Source: Candidatus Woesearchaeota archaeon (GTDB taxonomy: Archaea; Nanobdellota; Nanobdellia; Woesearchaeales; GW2011-AR4). From it: a stretch of DNA of 64,000 nucleotides. The notes below the pieces were generated by a model. That model searched no databases and was not told the origin of the DNA. It saw nothing but the letters and a program-made list of their open reading frames with translations. The DNA is taken from the NCBI GenBank assembly GCA_016177615.1, contig JACOUX010000006.1, positions 30,131 to 94,130 on the forward strand, read 5' to 3'. Shown piece by piece: positions 35,283-44,408 of this stretch. Numbering within the stretch: the first letter of the stretch is position 1; each line of letters begins with the position of its first letter. The translations under genes and the position numbers were made by a program.

Positions 35283-36449
35283 ATGGAAAAAAAAGCCCAG
35301 AGCGGGATGAACGCTGCCATACTAGTGGCAATCATCGCAGGGCTTATCGTCCTTTACATAGTTTTTCTGCCGACTTCCGAGCGCGAGCGCCTGGTTTTGG
35401 ATAAGGGTGAAGAAGATGGAGCTGAAACCCAATCCAATCTTTTGCTTGACGTGTTCCCAGGGACGCTCAGCATTTCAAAAGGACTTGAGAACGAAAAGCC
35501 AATCCCAAACCTATTCCTGATTGAGACAACGAATGCAATGGAATTTGAGACAATCAATCCTTTTATAATAAGGAACGGGTGGTTTGACAAGAAATCAAAG
35601 TCTTTTGACTTTTCACTTGATGATCCTTCCAATGTTGATAATGTAATCCTTTCATTCACGACAAAAAAGAGGCAAGGCATACTTACTATACGGCTAAATA
35701 ATGAAGTGGTATTCGAAAATGAGTTTGCAAGCGACATAGTTGCCCCTGTAAGGCTTAGCAAAAGGCTCCTGGACAAGGCCAACACGCTGCAGTTCAGCGT
35801 TTCATCAGTAGGGGCAAGGTTCTGGGCAACCAATGAATATGAATTCGAAAATGCGAAGATAATAGGCGACATAACCGATACAAGCAGGCAGGAAAGCTCT
35901 AATGTGTTTGTCATCAGCGATTCAGAATACCAAAATATGGAAAAGGCAGAATTGAAGTTTAACCCGTACTGCGGCAATGTACGCGACTTGGGGGCTTTGA
36001 ACATACTTATAAACAACAAGAAATTAGTGTCTTCAGTTCCCAAGTGCGACGACCCTTACAACCAGCCAATTCCAAAATCCGTGCTTAATTCAGGAGAAAA
36101 CAACATAGTATTCAAGACAGACAAGGGAAGCTACGGCATCGAGCAGATAAGAGTGACATTGGATTTCAAAGGAGCTGCTGTCAAGACTTATTATTTTGAG
36201 ATAAAGACAGATGATTTCCAGAGCATCAGGAGCAATTCGAGGAAAGTCATGCTCATGGTCAAGTTTGCAGACGGGAAAACCCTTAAGAGGGCAAAGCTTG
36301 ATGTCAACAGCAGGATAGAAACAATAGAAACAGACAAAATGCTGTTTTCAAAGGACATAACAGGCAAAATTTCAGAAGGAAACAACTTTGTAAGGCTCGA
36401 GCCGCTTGAAGACATAGAAGTCGTAGAGCTGAAAGTTGAGCTGGCATAA
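35283..36449 (+). CDS. N-terminally anchored extracellular protein with pilin-like (class III signal-peptide-like) N-terminus
   Basis: MEKKAQSGMNAAILVAIIAGLIVLYIVFL resembles archaeal prepilin signals (KxQxS...hydrophobic), though the usual +5 Glu is absent; the rest is beta-rich. Confidence 0.45.
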   Translation: MEKKAQSGMNAAILVAIIAGLIVLYIVFLPTSERERLVLDKGEEDGAETQSNLLLDVFPGTLSISKGLENEKPIPNLFLIETTNAMEFETINPFIIRNGWFDKKSKSFDFSLDDPSNVDNVILSFTTKKRQGILTIRLNNEVVFENEFASDIVAPVRLSKRLLDKANTLQFSVSSVGARFWATNEYEFENAKIIGDITDTSRQESSNVFVISDSEYQNMEKAELKFNPYCGNVRDLGALNILINNKKLVSSVPKCDDPYNQPIPKSVLNSGENNIVFKTDKGSYGIEQIRVTLDFKGAAVKTYYFEIKTDDFQSIRSNSRKVMLMVKFADGKTLKRAKLDVNSRIETIETDKMLFSKDITGKISEGNNFVRLEPLEDIEVVELKVELA

Positions 36450-36510
36450 TTCATTTCCCTTTCAATTGCTTAAAAACAAGAGGTGGCTAGGAAGAGTTCT
36501 CTATTAAGGT

Positions 36511-39500
36511 ATGACAGACGATAAATTGCCGTTTAAGGTGGTGGATAAAAGAAGAAGAGAGCCAGAGGAAGGTGGCAAGCAGTTGTTTAAGGTTACAGAT
36601 AGGAGAAGTCTAGAGGCACAGAATGCGGCAGCAGAAATGCAAAGAAGAGCAACAACAACTGCTCCGAAGAATGATAATCCGCCTTTCAAAGTTATAGACA
36701 GGAGAAACGAAGAAAGCCAGAGAATAGCTGAAGAAATGCGAAGGGAAAGGGAGCAACAGGCTGCCCAAGCCAAAAGCGCGGCAAGCGAAGCTGCCAGAGG
36801 AAGGCGAATGAATTTAAGGGCTTCTTGGCAGGCTATGAGAAATAACATGCTAATAGCAAAACAGAACCGTGCTTCTGAAAAGCAAGCTGCCAAGAAACAA
36901 GCCCAAAAGACTCCTGAGCAGGAGCCAGAAGATCAGGGACAGGCTAAAGGCAGGGGAAGCGGACTAATAAATCCCATTCAAATCAATATGCCAGGGGGTG
37001 GTTTGCTGAAGTTTCTTTTGAGAATATTAATATTTTTTGCATTGGTGGTAGCCTTTGTGATTTTTTTTGGCCAAGGAATAACGATCAATACATCATTTAT
37101 AATAAAATCAGTTATTGCATTGATGTTTTTTGGGTTTGTCCTTGCAGGTTTATTTCTCAATAAAGAGGGGGATATCGCTCCTTTTTTTATTTCTGTTGCC
37201 TTGATTATTACATTCATAGACATGTTGCCAGAGTTTTTTTCTGGATATGGAAGCTATTACACCGGATTTGCATTTGATTCACAGGGCCTTTTAAACACAA
37301 ACTGGTCGGCAGTTATTGCTTCAAGCCTTGTCTTTTTGCTTTTGCTCTTGGGGATGTTTAAAACTATCCTAAAAAGAAGCATAGTGGGTTTTCTTATCAT
37401 AGCCTCACTTATACTTATAATCTTCAATAAATACATGAATTATTACACAACAACAATCAGCAAACCTTACCTAAACTACTACATTGCTGGAATAGTGGTT
37501 GCTTTTTTAGTCATATACTTGCTGATTAAGCATAAGATTGAGGGCTCCGAGCTTGAAGAAAAAATAACTTACGTCTTCATGGCTTTGGTTTTTTCCTTCT
37601 TTTGGGTCAATATTGGATGGAAAGATGATACAAAGGCATTAATCCATATGATCTACATTTTGATTTATGGTTTTGTTTATATAAGGTCATATGCGGAAAG
37701 CCCTAGCGAATGGCATATACTAATCCCCGTTTTTATTATACTTGATTTCTTTGGTTATGGCATTATCTATAATTATGTTTACACAGCCGGCAATCTTGAT
37801 AAAGTTCTGCATATTCCGATCTTGCTTTTCCTGGTAAACCTCTATTGCCTAAAAAGGTCAAAGAGCCCATATCCTACATTTGTTATGATGTTTATAGCAG
37901 TTATTATCTTATTTTCAGGCGTTAATCTAATTGTATTCGCAGCCGGCGAAGGTTCATATACCTTTCAAAAGCAGGCTATTCAGGGTGTAGAGGGATTTTG
38001 GGAAAGGATTGCTGGAGGCATAGAAAGATTCACCCAGCAGGGGCTTGATTATGCAACAGGAGGATATTACAGCAGCACTGTTGAGCAGAACCAGTATGAA
38101 AGCCTTGGGGTTTACTTTTCAAATGTAAGGGGCGCAGACCCAAAATTCTACACAGACCAGCCAGTAACAATCTGGGGAACCATCAAAAGCAAGACGTATA
38201 AGGATCCTGTCTTGGTAAGCTTCAACTGCCAACTGGAGGGGCCCCAGAAGCAGACACCCATTGATCCAACCAGCCACTATCCTAACCAAGAGTTTCCTGT
38301 ATTTACATTTGACCAGATTGATACAGAATGCACATTTGACCCAAAAATCACAGGAGAGCTGCCTGCAGGCGCCAACAAGGCAAAATTAAGCGCAGATTAC
38401 AATTTCGGCACAGACGCTTATATCAAAACATATTTTATTGACAGAAGCAGGCTGATAGCAAGCAGCAGGGAAGACATAGATATATTGGCTCAATATGGAA
38501 TTCAGGATAATGACCCTATTGCAGTTTTTACAAACGGGCCTGTGGCAATCGGCATAGAAAGAGTTCCTTTGGTTCCTGTAGGCGCAACTGATTATCCAGT
38601 CAAGCCAGCCATAGGAATTAGCCTGAGCAATAGAGGACAAATTACAGATAAAAATGAGAACGTCTATTCAAGATGGGAAGGAAGAATAAACAAAGTGACA
38701 GAGCTTGTTTTATTGACTCCGCCGGGAGTAACTCTTGCGAAAGATGCTAACAATAATTATATATGCAGCACGCCTTTTAAGGATTACACAGCATTAAATT
38801 GTATCGCCTCTTGTAAAGACAATGTTGGTGATCCATGCAAGTATTTATGCTCCAAGATTTACACTTTCAATGCACTTACAGACTGTACTACAGAGTGCAC
38901 CAATAGCCTTATGAACTGTGAAGGCGAATGTGGAAGTATTTTCACAGGCGACGGCCTGCAGGGAAAATATAATGGATACCAGGCAGACATAGAGTTTCTT
39001 AATAAAAACAAACTGAACGAAAATATAGAAAAGAGCCTAAGGGTGCAATGCCGCTATAACGCAGATGAAAGCGTTCTGGACAAGACACCCATAACAACAA
39101 GGTATTTCAGGGTAAGGGCAAGATACAATTATTATCTTGAGAACAAGTTTAATGTCCCAATTGAAAAGAGGATAGAGGAAAGCTTATTGCCGCAGCCGGC
39201 TCCGGCAGAAACTTCCACGCCAGGATTCAGAACAGACTTACCCGAAGGTGTTTATAAAAATGCTTATTTTACAGCCGGGCAAAGAGAAGCAGATTATAGT
39301 GGTATTGTGTTTGAAGTTGCTAAGCAATATAATGTAGATTATCTTTTTGTAAAAGCAATAATACAACAAGAAAGTAGTTGGAATCCAAACGCAGTTGGAG
39401 ATGGAGGGAATTCATTTGGCCTTATGCAAGTTTCTAGAACCAACGCGCAGAAATTAGGATGCGGAGCCAATTTTGAAACTGACCCAAGAGCAAATATAGA

Positions 39501-39768
39501 ATGTGGCATAAAGTTAATAAGAGAATTAATGGATGTCCAACAAAAAAATAGCTGGAAACCCGGGTTAAGGAACATTGCTGGAGGCTACAACTGTGGTGAG
39601 CAGGCCATGAGGTACATCACTAGTCCAACCGGACAAATATCATATTGGGAAGGCCAAGGTAATTGTCCACACCGCGATCAAAAGGGGAACATCGTTTCCT
39701 ATACAAGAAATTATGTAGACATCATATGGAATAATTATCAAACCTTAAAAAACAAAATCCCGCAGTAG
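36511..39768 (+). CDS. Large polytopic membrane protein with extracellular Cys-rich region and C-terminal lytic transglycosylase (SLT/GH23) domain
   Basis: N-terminal cytoplasmic triple repeat (LPFKVVDKRRRE / QLFKVTDRRSLE / PPFKVIDRRNEE), ~12 TM helices (aa ~170-480), a Cys-cluster region (CIASCKDNVGDPCKYLCSK...CTTECTNSLMNCEGECGS), and a C-terminal domain VAKQYNVDYLFVKAIIQQESSWNPNAVGDGGNSFGLMQV that fits the SLT catalytic motif (E-S...GLMQ). Confidence 0.7.
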   Translation: MTDDKLPFKVVDKRRREPEEGGKQLFKVTDRRSLEAQNAAAEMQRRATTTAPKNDNPPFKVIDRRNEESQRIAEEMRREREQQAAQAKSAASEAARGRRMNLRASWQAMRNNMLIAKQNRASEKQAAKKQAQKTPEQEPEDQGQAKGRGSGLINPIQINMPGGGLLKFLLRILIFFALVVAFVIFFGQGITINTSFIIKSVIALMFFGFVLAGLFLNKEGDIAPFFISVALIITFIDMLPEFFSGYGSYYTGFAFDSQGLLNTNWSAVIASSLVFLLLLLGMFKTILKRSIVGFLIIASLILIIFNKYMNYYTTTISKPYLNYYIAGIVVAFLVIYLLIKHKIEGSELEEKITYVFMALVFSFFWVNIGWKDDTKALIHMIYILIYGFVYIRSYAESPSEWHILIPVFIILDFFGYGIIYNYVYTAGNLDKVLHIPILLFLVNLYCLKRSKSPYPTFVMMFIAVIILFSGVNLIVFAAGEGSYTFQKQAIQGVEGFWERIAGGIERFTQQGLDYATGGYYSSTVEQNQYESLGVYFSNVRGADPKFYTDQPVTIWGTIKSKTYKDPVLVSFNCQLEGPQKQTPIDPTSHYPNQEFPVFTFDQIDTECTFDPKITGELPAGANKAKLSADYNFGTDAYIKTYFIDRSRLIASSREDIDILAQYGIQDNDPIAVFTNGPVAIGIERVPLVPVGATDYPVKPAIGISLSNRGQITDKNENVYSRWEGRINKVTELVLLTPPGVTLAKDANNNYICSTPFKDYTALNCIASCKDNVGDPCKYLCSKIYTFNALTDCTTECTNSLMNCEGECGSIFTGDGLQGKYNGYQADIEFLNKNKLNENIEKSLRVQCRYNADESVLDKTPITTRYFRVRARYNYYLENKFNVPIEKRIEESLLPQPAPAETSTPGFRTDLPEGVYKNAYFTAGQREADYSGIVFEVAKQYNVDYLFVKAIIQQESSWNPNAVGDGGNSFGLMQVSRTNAQKLGCGANFETDPRANIECGIKLIRELMDVQQKNSWKPGLRNIAGGYNCGEQAMRYITSPTGQISYWEGQGNCPHRDQKGNIVSYTRNYVDIIWNNYQTLKNKIPQ

Positions 39769-39777
39769 GCAGGAGCC

Positions 39778-40824
39778 ATGAAAAATATGGAACAAAGGTT
39801 TTTAGCATCGATCACATGTTTATTAATATTCCTCTCAGCCTGCACTCTAACCTCATCCGGCGCATCAGAGCAAAATTTCCGCACAGGAAATACCGGCCTT
39901 GCTTTGGAATTATTGAAAAACACCCCTCCTCCAAGGATGTTTGAAGGCGACACATTTCCTGTTGTTATAAGGGTGGCAAACACAGGAGCCTTTGATATTC
40001 CTCCGGAAGGGGCAGTCCTGTCGCTTGGAGTGGAAAAGGACTATACAAAGGAAGTCAGCCTTTTGTACAAACAAGATCATCTTACGCCGGATACTGCAAA
40101 TGATTTTTCAGGATTTTTTGGAATAAAAGGAAAGAGCATGTTGAGCCCAAGAGGGGAAGAAGAAGTCTTTAGCTATAATGTGATAGCAGGAAAACTGGAT
40201 CCCCAAAGCGAGCAGCACATCTCAACAATCACAGCATCTGTATGCTATCCTTATGAGACAATTCTTGACACGACAATATGCATAGACACAGACGTCAATA
40301 GCCTAAGGCCCGGTAAAAAGGTATGCAGCAACCAGGACATTATATTCGGGAATGGCCAGGGAGCGCCTGTTGCAATAACAAAGATAGAGCCAAAAATGCT
40401 TCCGATACAGGCATTCGGCAATGTAGAGTCTTCTGACAAGATAAAGCCGCAGTTCCTGATTTATGTCGAGGATTTTGGAGGAGGAGTTGTGATAAAAAAG
40501 GAATCACTTAAAAAATCATGCATAGGGGAACAGGACAGACCATTTGACCATAATGATTTTGGAATAGTATATGTTAAGGTAGAACTTTCAGGAAAAGAGC
40601 TCCACTGCCAGCTGGAAAAGAAGGAGCGCGACCCCGGGCCTGGGCACATCAAGCTTCAGGACAAGAAAGACATAATAAGATGCAATACAGAGAATAATAA
40701 AGAATACTTGACTGTCATAGACAGGAGCCAGGATTCCTATTTTGCCCCGCTAAGAATCACATTGGAATACGGATACACTAAATCCATATCCGCAAGCTAC
40801 ACAATACAAAAGCCAGTCAGCTGA
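39778..40824 (+). CDS. Lipoprotein, paralog A of a tandem triplet
   Basis: Signal peptide with lipobox FLSAC. Shared motifs NTGAFDIPPEG...CYPYETILDTTICIDTDVNS...KKVCSNQDIIFGNGQGAPVAITKIE. Confidence 0.6.
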   Translation: MKNMEQRFLASITCLLIFLSACTLTSSGASEQNFRTGNTGLALELLKNTPPPRMFEGDTFPVVIRVANTGAFDIPPEGAVLSLGVEKDYTKEVSLLYKQDHLTPDTANDFSGFFGIKGKSMLSPRGEEEVFSYNVIAGKLDPQSEQHISTITASVCYPYETILDTTICIDTDVNSLRPGKKVCSNQDIIFGNGQGAPVAITKIEPKMLPIQAFGNVESSDKIKPQFLIYVEDFGGGVVIKKESLKKSCIGEQDRPFDHNDFGIVYVKVELSGKELHCQLEKKERDPGPGHIKLQDKKDIIRCNTENNKEYLTVIDRSQDSYFAPLRITLEYGYTKSISASYTIQKPVS

Positions 40825-40890
40825 GTTATTCACTAAACCTTTAATCCTTATCAAAAGTTTTAAATATCATATCCCCAATTTTGCATAATT

Positions 40891-41970
40891 ATGGCTAAGC
40901 CGCATAAATTCTTGATAGCTGGGTTTTTATTATTTTTATTGTTGTTTATTTCATATGGCTGCGGCAGCAAGTCCAGCGGGAAAAAATCCCTTGAAGAAAT
41001 AAGGTCAGGCACAACTGGAGTAAATTTGGCTTTCCTTCCGAATAACCCCCCGTCAACAATACATGCAGAGCAGGCTTCAAACACATTTGATGTTGCCATT
41101 GAAGTGCAGAATACCGGCGCATTTCCGCAGCCTGAAGATCTAATGGATAAGAAGCTCGAAGGCAGGATTTATTTAAGCGGCTTTGATACAAGCATAATCA
41201 GCTTTAATACAATTGATCTGAAAGGGCAGTCTTCACAGAAATTTTATGCTTTTGAGAATCATGAGCCAGAACTGCACGGCAAAAGCAACATCAATCCAAA
41301 CGGAGGCTCTGATATTGCCTCATTCAAGGGAACCATAGACATGGGCAAGCTAAATGTAGAGAGTTATGAGCCGTCAATTTTGGCAACAGCATGCTATAAA
41401 TACTACACAATAGCAGGCCCTTCTGTATGCATTGATCCTGACCCTTATTCCACAATGAAGCAAAAAAAAGTTTGCGAAATCCGAAGCACGACTTTGACAG
41501 GCCAGGGAGCACCAATATCAGTAATACAAGTCGATGAAGACGCCACTGCAGACAAAACACAGTTCAAGATAACCATTAGAAATGCAGGCAATGGCGATGT
41601 TTTCTGGCCCGGCCAAAAAGGTGAAGAAGAGCCGCAAACATCAAACGCCATTGGAAAGTGCAACCCATCTGCCGACAATAAGAACAAGGTTGGAAGAGAT
41701 GATATTGGCAGGGTGCATCTTGACAAGGCCATTATAGGAGACTTGCAATTGGTATGCTGGCCTTTTGCACAGGAGAATGTAAGGTCAGAGAACGGAGGCA
41801 TAATAAGGCTTCTTGAAGGCGAAGGCTCAATATTCTGCGAGCTTAAAAAGGATAAATACAAGGGAGGAAACACAGCTTATACCACTCCATTAAGGATTGA
41901 GCTAAGCTACTTTTACAGGACATCCGCAGAGCGAAAGGTGCTGATAAAGAAAGAAATGCCAAGCCCATAA
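40891..41970 (+). CDS. Lipoprotein, paralog B
   Basis: Lipobox ISYGC. Motifs NTGAFPQPED...CYKYYTIAGPSVCIDPDPYS...KKVCEIRSTTLTGQGAPISVIQVD are collinear with paralog A. Confidence 0.6.
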   Translation: MAKPHKFLIAGFLLFLLLFISYGCGSKSSGKKSLEEIRSGTTGVNLAFLPNNPPSTIHAEQASNTFDVAIEVQNTGAFPQPEDLMDKKLEGRIYLSGFDTSIISFNTIDLKGQSSQKFYAFENHEPELHGKSNINPNGGSDIASFKGTIDMGKLNVESYEPSILATACYKYYTIAGPSVCIDPDPYSTMKQKKVCEIRSTTLTGQGAPISVIQVDEDATADKTQFKITIRNAGNGDVFWPGQKGEEEPQTSNAIGKCNPSADNKNKVGRDDIGRVHLDKAIIGDLQLVCWPFAQENVRSENGGIIRLLEGEGSIFCELKKDKYKGGNTAYTTPLRIELSYFYRTSAERKVLIKKEMPSP

Positions 41971-42046
41971 AACAAAAACAGAAAACTTTATATAATCGAA
42001 AAAAAATTTCAATTTGATTGAAATTTTTTATAATTAAAGAGGCAAA

Positions 42047-43078
42047 ATGAATAAGAGGTTTTATGCGATTGCATTGCTTGTAATTCTTGTTCTTCTAATG
42101 GCCGCATGCAAGAAAAGCGGAGCATCAACTGGTAGCGCCCCAAGGACGCCGTTTATAGGCGGAACAGCAGGGGTGACAATCAACTTTGAAAAGGATTCAC
42201 CGCCTCCGGAAGTGACAGATGACGAGTCTTTCGCATTTAACGCGATTGTAAGGCTTAAAAATGACGGGGAGCACACTGTAAACAAAAATGACATGAGAAT
42301 AAACATGGTCGGCTTTGACCCAGCTGATTTTGGCAAGGACTTTATTGACATGAAGGATGTGCAGCCTCAGGACGATTTGCTGGCCAAAAGAAGAGACTCT
42401 GAAGGCAACCTGATAGAGGGAACAACCACCTTCGCAACATTTCCAAGAAGCGGAGACTCATTTATCCCAAAAAAATTCAGCGGCAACCTTGAGTTCACAT
42501 TCAGGGCAGACACATGCTATAACTACATGACCGAGGCTAACACAAAGCTATGTATTTTAAGGGACATGATTAATATCAGGGATGACAGCATCTGCAGGCC
42601 AAGCGGAACAGGCACCTCAGGCAGGCCAATATACAGCTCGTCAGGTCCTGTGCAAATCACAAATTTCAGGCAAAGCGTGATAGGAAGAGACAAAATATCT
42701 TTCAGCTTTGACATTGTGTTAAGCGGCAATGTGGACATTTTCTGGAGCAGGGACAAAAGAACGCCGTCAAGCGGGTTTGATGCAGCATGCCCAAGAGACC
42801 CAAGGCTTAGAAGGGAAATCGAAAATAATGTGGGAATAGAAATCACAGAAATAGCAGGAGACCCAATAATAACCGATTTAAGGTGCGGCGGCCTTGAAAG
42901 CGACTCAGTCGGAACAGTCAAGCTGGTCAACGGCAAGAGAACCATAACCTGCACAGCTGATTTGCTGCAGGACAGGCTTGACTTGGAAAAGGCAGTCGGC
43001 ATATTGTTAACCTATAATGTCTTGGACAATAAAGAAACAAAAGTTCTGATAAAGCACTTGGCTTCTACAAACCCGTAA
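42047..43078 (+). CDS. Lipoprotein, paralog C (more divergent)
   Basis: Lipobox LMAAC. CYNYMTEANTKLCILRDMIN...SGTGTSGRPIYSSSGPVQITNF is collinear with A and B. Confidence 0.55.
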   Translation: MNKRFYAIALLVILVLLMAACKKSGASTGSAPRTPFIGGTAGVTINFEKDSPPPEVTDDESFAFNAIVRLKNDGEHTVNKNDMRINMVGFDPADFGKDFIDMKDVQPQDDLLAKRRDSEGNLIEGTTTFATFPRSGDSFIPKKFSGNLEFTFRADTCYNYMTEANTKLCILRDMINIRDDSICRPSGTGTSGRPIYSSSGPVQITNFRQSVIGRDKISFSFDIVLSGNVDIFWSRDKRTPSSGFDAACPRDPRLRREIENNVGIEITEIAGDPIITDLRCGGLESDSVGTVKLVNGKRTITCTADLLQDRLDLEKAVGILLTYNVLDNKETKVLIKHLASTNP

Positions 43079-43096
43079 TTTGATAGCGCTCTGATA

Positions 43097-44068
43097 TTAC
43101 CTGCTTCCAGCCAAGGCAAACTGGCTTAATAATGCCTCAAGCTGCACAAATTCATCAGAGCCTTCTGTCATCCTGAATTCTGTTTCTCCGCATTTCTCGA
43201 TAAGGCTCATCTTGGACTTATTGTCAAGGTTTAGCTCCAGAATTTCTTTTTGAATCTGCTTTATTATGTCAATGCCTGCCAATCCGTAGTTAAGCATAAG
43301 TTCAAGCAGCTTTGTCCTTGCTTCAATGAACCTGTTGCCCATTGCCAATTCCAAAACTTCCCTTATCTCTTTCGGCTTTGCCATAGAAGCCATAGAATGG
43401 ATTAAATCTTCTGTCAGATGGTCTGCAATCGCTGAAGAGCTTTGCAGTATGTTTTCCAGCCTCCTGCAGTCTCCCTCTGAGATTTCGTACAGTGCCTCTT
43501 TTGCCTTCTCGTCTATCTTTATTTTTTCATCTTCAGCGATTTTATCTATAATGGAAAAAATATCCTTTTTGTCCAACGGCTTGAACCTGAAGACAACGCA
43601 CCTGCTTTGGATCGGGTCGATAATTTTTGAGGAATAATTCGCCGAAAGGACAAACCTGGTTGTCTGGGCGAAATTTTCCATGGTCCTTCTTAGCGCTTGC
43701 TGGGCTTCTCTTGTTAATGCATCAGCCTCGTCTAAAAAAATAATTTTGAAGGGAACATTTCCTATTGATTTTGTCCTTGCAAAATCCTTTACATTAGTCC
43801 GTATAGTATCTATACCACGCGTATCGCTAGCATTTAACTCGAGAAAATTTTGTCGCCATTGAGATTCAAACAATTTCTTTGCGATTACTATGGCTAATGT
43901 TGATTTTCCAACCCCTGCAGGCCCTGCAAACAGCAAATGCGGCAGGTTTTTCTGCTCGACAAATGCCTTCACTCTTTGCACTATCTCTTTCTGGCCCTTT
44001 ATATCAGAGAAGTCGCTGGGCCTATACTTCTCAGTCCAGAGAGCACTTTCAGGGTTCATTAAAATCAA
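43097..44068 (-). CDS. rfcS: Replication factor C small subunit
   Basis: PHLLFAGPAGVGKST (Walker A), IIFLDEADALT, SRC motif (QSRC). Confidence 0.9.
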   Translation of the reverse strand: MILMNPESALWTEKYRPSDFSDIKGQKEIVQRVKAFVEQKNLPHLLFAGPAGVGKSTLAIVIAKKLFESQWRQNFLELNASDTRGIDTIRTNVKDFARTKSIGNVPFKIIFLDEADALTREAQQALRRTMENFAQTTRFVLSANYSSKIIDPIQSRCVVFRFKPLDKKDIFSIIDKIAEDEKIKIDEKAKEALYEISEGDCRRLENILQSSSAIADHLTEDLIHSMASMAKPKEIREVLELAMGNRFIEARTKLLELMLNYGLAGIDIIKQIQKEILELNLDNKSKMSLIEKCGETEFRMTEGSDEFVQLEALLSQFALAGSR

Positions 44069-44108
44069 GGACGAGTAATCAAAGAACGTTTAAAAATGTA
44101 TTTGAAGA

Positions 44109-44372
44109 TTAAACAATATCCTCTTCAGCCACAACAACAAAGTCTCCAGTTGCTATGACTGCGCTGAAAGGTATAAGTATATGGCTTTCCTTGTCTTTCT
44201 CCAGCTCAAGCTTTTCAGTATATGATGTAGGGTTATGGAGCACTACATGAACAAGCTCCCCTGTTCTTGTCTCAAAAATAAGATCTCCAACCTCTCCGAA
44301 CCTCTTGCCCGTCTTGCTTACAACAGTCTTTCCAATCAATTGCTTTGAGAATTTCTTGTCTTCTTCAGGCAT
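44109..44372 (-). CDS. PRC-barrel domain protein
   Basis: 87 aa; LIGKTVVSKTGKRFGEVGDLIFETRTGEL is typical of PRC barrels. Confidence 0.6.
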   Translation of the reverse strand: MPEEDKKFSKQLIGKTVVSKTGKRFGEVGDLIFETRTGELVHVVLHNPTSYTEKLELEKDKESHILIPFSAVIATGDFVVVAEEDIV

Positions 44373-44408
44373 TTTCTTCCCTCTTGAGTTAATACTAAAG
44401 TTTAGACA

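Noticed and set aside
42001-42029. Perfect 13-bp inverted repeat aaaaaatttcaat-ttg-attgaaatttttt between lipoprotein paralogs B and C
   Set aside because: Probably a simple terminator or attenuator-like hairpin in AT-rich DNA. Mentioned within the lipoprotein finding rather than as a separate element.
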